Assembly: GCF_000143415.4 (NCBI RefSeq)
Contig: NW_003314332.1
Coordinates: 620,001-684,000 of the forward strand
DNA length: 64,000 bases
DNA from: Selaginella moellendorffii
Taxonomy: Eukaryota; Plantae; Lycopodiophyta
Reading direction: 5' to 3'
Position numbers and translations under genes: made by a program. Each line of letters begins with the position of its first letter. Position 1 is the first letter of the stretch. The notes beneath the pieces were generated by a model. The model searched no databases and was not told where the DNA came from. It worked only from the letters and a program-made list of their open reading frames with translations. Below are positions 22,601 to 33,675 of this stretch, in pieces.

Positions 22601-25513
22601 TTCCAGAAGGGGAACTAAGGAAGGTAGCCTTAGAAGAGTGTCATGACAGACCTCTTGCGGGACACGGCGGAGTGCCCAAAACAATGGGTTTACTCAAGAG
22701 GAAGTACGACTGGCCAGATATGGCTAAAGACGTCCAAGACTATGTAAAGACATGTCCAACATGTCAGCAGGTCAAAGCCGTGACTAAGGCTAGTGGGGGC
22801 TTGTTACAAAGCATCCCAATTCCAGATCGTCCGTAGAAATGTCTTACGATGGACTTCATCATGGGACTCCCCCGAAGCGAGGTTCGATGCGATATTCGTG
22901 GTGGTGGATCGATTTTCGAAGATGGCACATTTCATACCCACCACAACGGAAGTGGATGCGGAAGGTGTGGCGAAACTGTTCTTCGAACAAGTGGTTCGAG
23001 TGCGGGGGAGGCCAGAAGAGATTATCTCAGATCAAGATAAGATCTTCACTAATAGGTTCTGGAAGACACTCTTATAACAATATCGCACCAAGTTGAAATT
23101 CAGCACAGCCTATCACCCACAGACAGACAGACAAACGGAAAGGGTGAATAGGCAGCTAGAGGGTTATTTGCGATGTTATGTCTCGGGAGACCAGATTGGG
23201 TAAGTCATTTGGGACTTGCGGAAATGTGTTATAACAACTCACCACATTCGAGCATCGGGGTGAGTCCATGGGAAGTCATCAATGGGTGAGCTATTGAAGG
23301 TCCTATGGAACTCGGCATGGCCAAGTATCATGGAGAGTTACTCGCAGTGGAGGCATTCACGGTGGAAAGACTCAACATTTGGAATCTAGTGAGGGATTCC
23401 TTGGAACGGGCTCAACAAAGGCAAACCAAGTACGCGAACCAAAAGCGTCGGGATGTAGAGTACCAAGCTATGGAGAAGGTGTGGCTGAACACCAAGAACC
23501 TCAGGCTACCAAGTGGGATCAGCCGGAAGTTGACCCAAAAGTTCGCGGGGCCTTATGAGATTGAGGCTTGAATTGGTAAAGTGGCTTACTGTCTCTGACT
23601 TCCTCAAGAGATGGTGAAAATGCACCCTGTGTTCCATGTGAACTTACTCAAGCCGTATTTTGAAGATCCTGTTCGCAAGGACCAAGTAAGACCCTTACCT
23701 GAGGTTATCCAGGGGGAAGAGGAATACGAAGTCGAGGCCATTTTCAATGCGCGCAAGAGCAAATGACAAGGACACGAGGTGAGAGAGTTCTATGTGAAGT
23801 GGAAAGGATTTTCACACTGCAAAGCAACATGGGAACCGGAGGAGAACCTAGCGAACGTGCGAGATCTAATGGAGGAATTTCTGCAAGGCAGAACTCTATG
23901 TACTTATGTAAAGTTCAATTAAAGTATCAATTTGTGAAGTTGAGCAATGGCATATGTTGGGACTCGAAGGCGCACCAAAGGTAAGCTAATTAGCATGGGT
24001 TAGCTAGGTCGACCAGGCGTAGGGAATTGCTCCTGACTCCCCGCGGGGATGTCGAATCCGTAGATGTATTCTACGGAGGTTGGATTCAAGTCCCAACCCC
24101 CTAGTAAAGCAAGGCTGGGTTCAAGTCCCAACCCCATACTAAGGCGTGGTGGGGTGAGGAGTATAGGGACACCTATATTCCATTGTCATGGGCTCTTGGC
24201 CGGGGAGGCTAACTTAGGCACACTGCTAAGTGGGGGGATGCCCCCGGAGATATGGTCAACAAGTTGTAGGATTAAAAAGAGAGATGTTTGATGTGGGCAT
24301 CGAACTTCTTCTATGGGTGGTGGAGTTGTAAGGAACCAACTCGCCAAGGTGTCGTAGGCTAAAGGATCCCCGAAAGCATGACCAAAATGACAAAGAGTTC
24401 ATCGAATGGGACCGAGTCGAAGATCGAGTCCAAGACCGACTCTAAAACCAAGTTCGAGATAGAGTCCAAGATTGAGTCCGAGACCGACTCGGGGACCGAG
24501 TTCGAGTCCGAGTTCGAGACCGAGTTCGAGACGGAGTCCGAGATCCGAAATCGGGTCCGAGACCGAGTCCGAAGTCGAGTCCGAGGTCGGGCCCGAGATC
24601 GGGTCCGAGATCGAGTCCGCGATCGAGTCCGAGACCGAATCCGAAGTCGGATCCGAAATCGGATCCGAGATCGNNNNNNNNNNNNNNNNNNNNNNNNNNN
24701 NNNNNNNNNNNNNNNNNNNNNNNNNNNNNNNNNNNNNNNNNNNNNNNNNNNNNNNNNNNNNNNNNNNNNNNNNCCGGGGGGGGGGGGGGCTGCAGGGGGT
24801 TCCAAAAGTATAGTAGGGATAGTGAGGTCCAGGAATCAGTTTTGAAAGAACTCTCCAATGGGGCTTCCAAACTAACTTGAGGTTGAGACTGGGATCGAGG
24901 GGCCTTGGGTGGGAGTGAGCATGGACTTGGTTGGTGCCGGAGGGGCCATCCAAGGAAATGCTCAAGAGCAGCTCCCACTCCCGAAAGGGAAACCAACTGT
25001 GGCGCTCCTGGCTCATGTGGAGTGGTGCCCCACTTGAGTACTATGTGGCTCATTGGTCCTCGCCCTTCCTAGGGGATTGGACCTTCCCTTCAGGGGGGTA
25101 GAGGTACCCATACTGGGCCGTTAGGCCACGGTGTTTTGCCTTGGCGTCCCGAAGTAAGTGTTGCACCCAAGAGTTGGGATTTAGAGGGTCCCATGATCAA
25201 GTCTTGTGGTACCAAGGGATGTTAGGAACCTAGAAGCTTGGTGTGCTTGGCTGCTTGTGCTTGCGGGGAGTGTAGCTGAACCTTAAGTCCAGTCTAACCC
25301 GGGGAGGGGGATTGGGAGAGATTTGGGAATCCGTGGATGGATGGCTAACACTCCGTTGTTCGTGCAGTGAGTAGCTGAAACCAAGTAGAACCAAGTAGGA
25401 GCTGGTACCATAGGCGGGAACCTTGGCGAGGGAACTTAGCAAAAGCCAAGGCAGTGTTGGACGGATAGACAAGGTAAGCTGGCAAATTGGAAAGGAAAAA
25501 TTTGTGGCTTACA

Positions 25514-27762
25514 TTGAGGTGGACAAATGCCGCCTCACATTTTGCTATCCATACCATCTTCCCTTTACCCGTTTGGTCCGTTAAGGGTAGGGCTACTCGC
25601 AAATAGTGTTTGATAAACTTTCGATAGTAGTTGCATAGCCCCAAAAACGCCCTCAACTCATGTACATTTGAGGGTCGCTCCTATTCCTGGATCGTTTGGA
25701 CCTTCTCAGGGTCCAACTTGAGCCTGTCTTGGCCCACCACATGCCTGAGAAATTTTACTTCTTATTGAGCATAGTCATATTTGCTCTCTTTAGCATACAG
25801 TTTATGTTCCCTTAGTTTCTCAAACACCTTCGTCAAGTGTTCGGCATGCTCCTCTAGTGTCTTGCTATAGATCAGGATGTCGTCAATATAGACAACCACA
25901 AAGTGATCCAGATAGGGTACAAAGATGTGGTTTATCAGCGCCAAAAACGTTGCCGGCACATTGCACAGCCCAAAGGGTATCACCAAAAACTCAAAGCTCC
26001 CATATCTTGTTCAACAGGTTGTCTTTTCGACATCTTCCTCTGCTATCCTGATCTGGTAGTATCCTGACCTTAGGTCAATCCTCGAGAAGTATTTTGCCTT
26101 TCCCAACCTATCAAATAGGTCCTTAATCCTTGGCAAAGGGTATTTGTTCTTCTTTATATATTTGTTAAGCAACCGGTAATCTATGCACATACGTATAGAT
26201 CCATCTTTATTTTTCACAAATAACACTGGTGCCTCATATGACAACTTGCTCAACCTAACATACCCTTTGTCCATCAACTCTTCTAGTTGGTGCTTGAGCT
26301 CCTCAAGTTCCTTTTCGTTCAAACGATAAGGGGGACAAACCACCGCCTTAGCACCCTCGACCAGCTCAATCTTATGTTCTATTGGTCGTGCAGGGGGCAA
26401 CCCTGCCGGTAGCTCCTCTGGCATGGTATCCTGGAATTGGTCCAACACCCGCTGGATCACTAAAGGTACTTTTTCTGTTCCCGTTTTTTTGTCACTCTTC
26501 ACCAAGAGTAAGCATAAAAATGCTACATTAGTTCCTTTAGTGAGTTGTCCTTTCGTGGACACCAGATTCAAGCAAGAGTTTTTGGCCTTACATTGCCATA
26601 CCTTTAGATCCTAGGCCTCCACCTTGGATCATTCTCCCTGGGCATTCACCAGTACCACAAAGTTCCTCCCTTGTCCATGCAGGGCTACTACGAACTGATT
26701 GAACCAATCCATCCTGAAGATTATGTCAAATCCCGCCATGTCCAACACGGTGAAATCCATGTCTACTTTCCATGTCCCTACTTCGACTCTTGCTTGTTGA
26801 ATTATTTCATCGGTGCTGTAAGCAACCAAAGGGAACGACTTGAGAGACGATCCGTTGGGGTTCAAATATAGAGGGAAAGGGCCCATGAATAAGAGTGCAC
26901 CCCTTTTTCCAATCGGTTAAGGGTCTTGGGATATTTGGGGTTAAGCGTCCTTGGGTGTGAATAGTACTGGGCTGGGTGACCTCCCGGGAAGTCCAAAATC
27001 AAGAGCTTACATTTGGTATCAGAGGGGTCTTGGGTCCGACTCTGTTGGTTGGCTAAGGGAATCGCACCACATGTTGATTGACATCTGGCTGGTCCAGTTT
27101 GCTCCCGCTGGGCTCGACCCGAGGGGTAGGGTGTCAAGAGAGCGGGGCTCTCGGGAGAGCTGCGGCTCTCAGCTTCCGTTCACGAGGGCGTGAACTTGCA
27201 GGGAAGCGTGGTGGATTGTAAGCAACCAAAGGGAACGACTTGAGAGACGATCCGTTGGGGTTCAAATATAGAGGGAAAAGGCCCATGAATAAGAGTGCAC
27301 CCCCTTTTCCAATCGGTTAAGGGTCTTGGGATATTTGGGGTTAAGCGTCCTTGGGTGTGAATAGCACTGGGCTGGGTGACCTCCCGGGAAGTCCAAACTC
27401 AAGAGCTTACAGGTGCTTTTGCTACCTTGAACAAACTCTATTGTCCTTGGTTCACCTAGCCGCTGCACCATTAGTCCGGCTTGCCGAACTATATCTGCAG
27501 CCACAAAATTATCTGAAGCACCCGTGTCAATAAGGATCTTAACAAAGTTACCTCCGATCTTTCCTCGGAGGGTTAATAGATGTCATGAACAACTCTCTAC
27601 CAAAGTTGCTTATGTAATGAGTAACTTTGAGCTAGGGACTAAATCAACTCCTACTTGGTCCTACTTGGTTTCAACTATCACTACATGAGCACCGGAGCGT
27701 TAGCCATCCATCCACGGATTCCCAAATCTCTCCCAACATTCTCCCTGGGTTAGACTAGACTA
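25514..27762 (-). mobile_element. Gypsy element B, same family as A (partial 5' LTR, gag deleted, PR-RT), truncated by A's LTR
   Basis: Reverse-complement match to 20600-21990; protease ILIDTGASDNFV; 27645-27762 is the reverse complement of LTR sequence 25280-25405. Confidence 0.9.
26817..27411 (+). mobile_element. Cassandra-type TRIM with 5S rRNA-derived sequence in both LTRs
   Basis: 195-bp LTRs 26817-27011 and 27217-27411 (TGTAAGC...GCTTACA, 4 differences), PBS TGGTATCAGAG (tRNA-iMet), PPT, 205-bp non-coding interior, TSD GGTGC; 5S-like GTTAAGCGTCCTTGGGTGTGAATAGTACTGGGCTGGGTGACCTCCCGGGAAGTCC. Confidence 0.95.
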
Positions 27763-27862
27763 NNNNNNNNNNNNNNNNNNNNNNNNNNNNNNNNNNNNNN
27801 NNNNNNNNNNNNNNNNNNNNNNNNNNNNNNNNNNNNNNNNNNNNNNNNNNNNNNNNNNNNNN

Positions 27863-29810
27863 CACTCCCTCGTCCTCGCTTGACTCCACTCGCCCTTTGT
27901 TCTCAATGCTGACCAGTGAAACCTCTCCTATTAGTACCTCTTCTGGATTAAGGACCTCCGGCAGCTGCACACCCCTGGCTCTCCCTCCTGCTGTGCTCAT
28001 CCTCACCGTTGTTCTGGCTCGTGGCATCTTTCCCACAGTGTTTTCCCCTTTTTTCCCCTTTTTTCCCCTCTGACTCTTGCTTTTTGCTCAGCCCCTCACT
28101 ATCTTTCCCCTTTCCAGGCCCTTCCTTCCCTTCCTCTTCGTTCTCAATCCTCTTCCCTTTCTGAGATTCCCTCTAATCTTTCCCTTTCTCTTCCCTCTCG
28201 CTTACCCCTTTTCTTTTGTCTTCTTGCTGCCCCTCATCTATTATGGAAAACAATGCCCTCCGAATTGACAAGTCCCCTTTAAATAGCGCTGACCCTGGCT
28301 GCCATATGTCATTTCTCAACTTGACACTTGCTCCTCCAATTTTTCTTCTCCCTTTCCTGTCCATGTTGACAATGCACATGATTGTTTTCTTGGATTCCTT
28401 GGCTTCTCCTCGGATACCACCCTACCATGTGTCCCTTCCTTAGATTTCCTACATGCATTTTCCCATGCATCTCCATGTGTTGTTCTATCCTTTTTCCCCT
28501 CTCTTCCGATAGTGACCTGCCCAATTTCTTTAATTCCCGCTTGCTGGATGGTGAGGTCATCCTCTCTATCCTTGTGTTTCTGATTTGCCGAGATCTTAAT
28601 AGTTATTCCCCTTTTCCCCTCCTTTAAATCATTCCTTGGATTTCCTGCACCCACTGTCTTTTTTGATATCGTCAAATTTGCTGTCGATTCACTGGGCTTC
28701 CCATTTATCTGCTACCTAGCCGTTGTCTCAGGATTCCTGACTCACTCCATTCCTCCCATATTGCTCTGCTGCATGTCTACCTTCTCTTTTGTTCCCTCTT
28801 CTCTACTCGGGCACATTCTAGCGGTTTTTTGCCTTTGAACATCATGATCTTGCTTCAAGCTTTTCACTTTTTTTCTTGAGTATTTCTTTGGCCAACGAGC
28901 TTATTATTCCAACTCAAGTGAAGCTCCCCTCTTTCCCTATTACTTCTACTCAAGATTTCAATTGTGTAAAACTCTTGGACCTTTTAAACAATCTTAGGTC
29001 CAAGCGAATTTCAGCCTGCTAGTCCGGTTTTGCTGTGCCAAAGATCACCCTGGCTCTTCCTCTTGATCATTGCCTCATTGCAACCATACCTCTTATCCCC
29101 ATAGCATGCACTCTTTCTTTTCAATGCATGCAGTGAGAGGTGCTTTGGGGGGCTTTGAAACTTTTCACTCTACTTCCCCATAGCCCAGTGATCTTACTCT
29201 TCCCTGGCTTGTTCCCTTGAAGACCAAAAGGCCTCTTCTTTCAAGCCAATACTATCAGCTAAGGGGGGCACCTCTCAAGAATGTTAGCCGAAGCCATTTG
29301 GGAACATGAGCTATGAGCCAAAAATGCAAAGCAGGAGTGATTTAGAGGGATGTTTTCAGTTCTTCTCTTTTTTTTAGTGCTTTGCAGCTTAGTGAGAGGC
29401 TTTGCTTCCAACTTTGATCCTTTACCTTTGCCTAGTGATCTCTGGCAAAAAGAAACCAACCAACCGACTTGAAACCAGCTTGGACCACATTGCAAGCTCT
29501 AACCACCGAACCTCTTGCTATAACTTGCATGAGCAACACTGAACCAGAGAGAAACAAAACCCACTAGCTAGAAACACTTAGAGTAGTCATGACTTTGCTT
29601 GGAGATTCCAAATCTATTCTACCAGCCAGCACGAAAAACACCTCCCAAATCTGACTACAGCCGAGAAGATCAATAAAAGCACTTCGCAAACCACCTGCGC
29701 CATGCTTGAGCGTCCACTCCATGCCCCCACAACAGCCCACCTTACTCTCCTCGCCTTGGCACCTTCCCTCTCAACTCCACCTTCACTCGCCTCATTTCTC
29801 CTATTCTCAC
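27863..29810 (-). mobile_element. 5' portion (5' UTR/ORF1) of a second LINE copy
   Basis: 27863-28565 is highly similar to 41890-42585 in the same orientation; left side ends in an assembly gap. Confidence 0.7.
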
Positions 29811-32775
29811 TTTGTTAAATGGGGCCTTTTAATTTCCAGCAAAACAATAAAAAATTAGGCATGGTTTCATTGGGCACGAAACCAACAAAGAGCCTTTTTC
29901 TAGAAGGGCCTACAATGGAAGTACCTATGGAGAGGGGGGTTGCTTGTGAATTGGATCCTAAAGGTTTGCCCAGATGCAGCACCCGGAACCATTCCTCCGG
30001 TGGTTCCGACATCCATTCCTGAGTACCTACCTCCCCTGCTTCCACAAGAAATGCTAGATCTGTGCTTTTTTCTTAGCTTTTTTTGGACCATTTCGCCCTC
30101 ATCTTTTTTCCAGTTGTAGGACACAGGCTGCTACTGTAGTAATCATTCTAGTCCACACCCATGACACCACCACCTTTGGTCCTTCATGTTTGTCATTAAA
30201 AATTTGGCTTTCCACACTTCCCACAACATAATTCCTCACAGTAGGTTCACTATCTCTGAGGGAACTCCTTCTATGTCTGTTCTCGTCATGTTGAGCTGGT
30301 CAAACCATGGCACCCTTTCCCATGTTGAGGACCATTTCCAAGAGTCTGTTCCGTTTTGCATTCTTGCAGCAACTTCGCCCTACACTGCTGCTTCATATGT
30401 GAGGCACACTTGTCTTTGGGAGTGTTGTTGCAACAACACAACATGTGCTTCTCCACACATTTTGTAGCTTGATACGATGATGACTTTTATACCTTTGTGT
30501 TTCCCAAAATCCACATTTATGCCAGATTGGTCTAGGAGATGTATGTTTTGCTTAGATGGTAGCCAATTTTGCATAACCAACCATATAAAGTATCTTGTAT
30601 TCGCCGCCCATCTTCCTTTCCATAGCCCCTTTAATGCCGCTTGTTGTATCATGTCTTGTATGTTAGCTCGTTTGATTCTTGATACCAGTAGCAAGTCATT
30701 GCTTGGCCGAATGAGCCTTCTTCCCAGTCTTGTCTCGCATGCAAAAAACTCTTCCTTCTTTTTTCCTTGCTAGTTGGATCCCATGCCAACTCACTTAATT
30801 TTTGTTGCTTAAACCAATACAACCTAGCTACAAAACCTTTTGTTATTGTTGGGTCTATCAATGCTGTTTTCTTATCCATCCTTATTACCCTTATCGGCTT
30901 TGCTCTTGATATGTCCAGTTGTATACTTCCCTCAAGCACTTTGTATGGTAGTAGTTGACCGGCCACCCCAACATCAAAAACAACGCATTTGGCCTGATCT
31001 TGAGTTGTAGAAAATATCACCTTTCCATCAACTATCCACCACATTGGTGTTGTTTCTTTGATTTCCTTAATGCTCTGCTTGCAATACTTTCGTGCGTCTT
31101 CAAAAGGTATTTCAAATTTTTTAATCGGTGCGTTGAGATTTCTAGGTCATAAAATGCTTTTAGCATGTCTCTATTTCTTTCCATTTTCCCCACTTTCAGC
31201 ATCGAGTCAGCCTCTGCAAATGTTCTCATCCCAGCACTATGTAGGTCCCGACATACTTTGTCTATTCCTCTGTCTCATGTTTCTCCCAAGCATTTCTCCT
31301 TATATTGGAACAGTTTGTTGAGGAATATTGGTTGTCGGTCCAACTCATACCTGTTTGACAGTTTTCTTTTTTCTATCTTGCCTTTGAATTCTTTCCATAG
31401 CCTGAATAGTTTCTCTAAGAATCTATTTGGTCTTGGCATTTTTAAAGTGCAGTTAGTGAAAGCCACATTTCATCTTTTCCCCAATTGTACCTTGTGTGTT
31501 CTAGTCTATCGGGGATGACCTTTAGCAGTTGGTGACGTAGTAAGAGTTTCCATGGCTGATTTTCGGGTATATTCATTCGGTGAAAAATCTTGAATAACAA
31601 AGCCTTGCATTGTTCTTCTATATCGATTATGTTTATCCCCCTATCCTGCTTCGCTCTTGTGACTGAGCTCTATCCAACCTTTGCCCCTCCTCTTGAGACT
31701 GTTGATTGTCCCTTCCATACATATGTCCTGATTAGCTTGTTCATGTCTTTTAGCATTTTCTTGTCTAAGCTCCATGCTGCTGCTAAAAACCATATTGCTC
31801 CTAACATGATATTGTTTGCCACTACACATCTTGCTGAGAAGGATAGCTTTCGTGATGCCCAGAATTTCAATTAATCTTTCATCTTGTGAATTGCCTTTTG
31901 ATTATGTGGGAGAGGATCATAGTCTCGGCCCACTTGGAAACCCAAGTATCTTGTTGTTTCCCTTTGTTTCAGCCACTTAAAATCCCACTCCTCCCCCCAG
32001 CTTGGCAGGTCTAAACTTCACCAATTTTCCCTAATTTATTTTTAAGTCCACTGCCAAGTTGAAGAAGTCCAAGTCCTCCTTGACTTTGCTCATGTTTTCT
32101 AGGGAGCTTGATGTTATGATTCCTGTGTCATCCATGAAGGCACTTGATTTCAATTGCTTTTCTACTATCCCTGCAACAGGTAAGACCAAACCCTCTAGCC
32201 CATCCAATCTTGCTAGATAATATGCTAACACATGTGCTACAAAAAGGAACAAGAAAGGGGCCAGAGGACACCCTTGTCTTACTAACCATTGTAACTTGAT
32301 CATGTTCCCCACTATCCCATTTATTGTAACTTTGCTTGATGCATGTCAGGAATCCCCCAATTCTTGCCACATTCCTGACTCTCGCCGGATTCCTGACCTG
32401 CAGACCACATTCCTGACTCTCGAGACACTTCCCGATTCCTGAGTCTCGAGTCACATTCCTGATGATGATGTGGTGCCTCCTCGACCTCAGCTGTATTTAG
32501 GCCGTCCTCGATCCAAGAGTGGTGGAGCTTCATCAACCTATAGTATATATAGGTTAGCCTTGTTCCATTTCTCCACAATCTGAATCAACACCAGTCTAAG
32601 GCCTCTTCTTTGTTTTCACTAGCTTTTTCTCTTTGTCTTTAGCATTTTCCAGTCTTGATCTTGTTGGGGGTCTTGACAGTTTGATTCAGATTGTGTTTTT
32701 TGCTTTTCTTTTAGCTTGTTTTGATTATTTGATTGCCTTTGTCTTTTCCCCCCTTTCTTTTCTTTCTTCTTGCCA

Positions 32776-33675
32776 ATGGAGTCTCCAAGCCATTCTGATT
32801 TCTTTGCCGAAGTCCTTGCAAAAATCCAGTCTGAGAATACCGAGCTGAAGGCAACCCTTCTTCGCATGCAGCAGGAGCTTGCTTCACTTTCGGCTCAAGG
32901 ATCCAGCAAAGTTCCTGAACCAAAGGTGAGTTTCCCGGCGAAATTTTCAGGCAAGCGTTCGGAGCTTCGTGGATTTTTGAATCAAATGGAGCTGATCTTT
33001 GCACTTCAACATCGACGGTACCCCACTCCCGAGTCTCAAATCGGCGCGATTGGGACGTTGCTCGAGGGTGCAGCTTTGTCATGGTTTTCTCCTCTTCTGG
33101 AGAAGAGCATGAAAGGGGTCGTGGTTCCGGAGCTGATGGATCTTCAATTGTTCAAAGAGAAGCTCGAAGCATGTTTTGGCGAGACGGATCGGGTTCGGGC
33201 TGCTACCACAAAGATGAGACGTCTCTCTCAAGGGTCTCGTCCTGCCTCAATCTACGCTGCAGAGTTCCAACTCCTTGCCTTGGACACTCAGTGGGATGAG
33301 CGGGCCCTGATTGACCAATTTCGTTTCGGCCTCAACAACGGTGTCAAGGATTTGTTGCTCACCATGGAGGATCCCAAGGACCTGTCGGACGCCATCAACA
33401 AAGCTGTTCGATGTGACAATCGTCTCTTTGAACGTCGTCAGGAAAGTCGCCGCGCCGCTGTTTTTCCGTCCCAGACTCAGGAATCCCAGCTTGAGTCTTC
33501 GGGGCATAGTCCTGAACCTACTGCTCCGGTCCCGATGGATATTTTTGGTACTCCCCGACTCATTAGAGGGAAGTTGAGTCCTGCTGAGAGGCAACGTCGA
33601 ATATCTCATAATCTTTGCCTCTACTGTGCTGATCCTAATCACAAAGCAGCTGTGTGTCCCAGGAAGCCTCCCTGA
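32776..33675 (+). CDS. gag: Retrotransposon Gag
   Basis: PAKFSGKRSELRGFLNQ, LSQGSRPASIYAAEF, QFRFGL, PVPMDI, CLYCADPNHKAAVC knuckle. Confidence 0.93.
   Translation: MESPSHSDFFAEVLAKIQSENTELKATLLRMQQELASLSAQGSSKVPEPKVSFPAKFSGKRSELRGFLNQMELIFALQHRRYPTPESQIGAIGTLLEGAALSWFSPLLEKSMKGVVVPELMDLQLFKEKLEACFGETDRVRAATTKMRRLSQGSRPASIYAAEFQLLALDTQWDERALIDQFRFGLNNGVKDLLLTMEDPKDLSDAINKAVRCDNRLFERRQESRRAAVFPSQTQESQLESSGHSPEPTAPVPMDIFGTPRLIRGKLSPAERQRRISHNLCLYCADPNHKAAVCPRKPP

Larger units (their letters stand above)
17780..25513 (+). mobile_element. Decayed chromodomain Ty3/Gypsy element A (5' LTR missing; gag-RT-RH-INT-chromo; 3' LTR 24327-25513)
   Basis: CCHC knuckle [25 protein letters not shown], RNaseH ETDASDFALG, INT zinc finger H..H..CPTC, chromodomain EYEVEAI..VKWKGF..ATWEPEENL; PPT GGGTGGTGGAGT then LTR TGTAAG...CTTACA; many stops and the protease DTG region is deleted. 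Confidence 0.93.

Noticed and set aside
24050-24135. tRNA gene(s)
   Set aside because: T-arm-like hairpins only; no acceptor stem, D arm or anticodon arm found.
17807-25513. Retroelement with long inverted terminal repeats (DIRS-like)
   Set aside because: The left repeat has its own TSD (CGTAG) and interrupts gag; the element encodes a DDE integrase, not a tyrosine recombinase.
26940-27394. Two 5S rRNA genes
   Set aside because: Only the ~55-nt 3' portion is present, inside LTRs; the 5' half and terminator are absent.
32455-32540. Hammerhead ribozyme (CTGATGA) in LTR
   Set aside because: No matching GAAA core or stems found.
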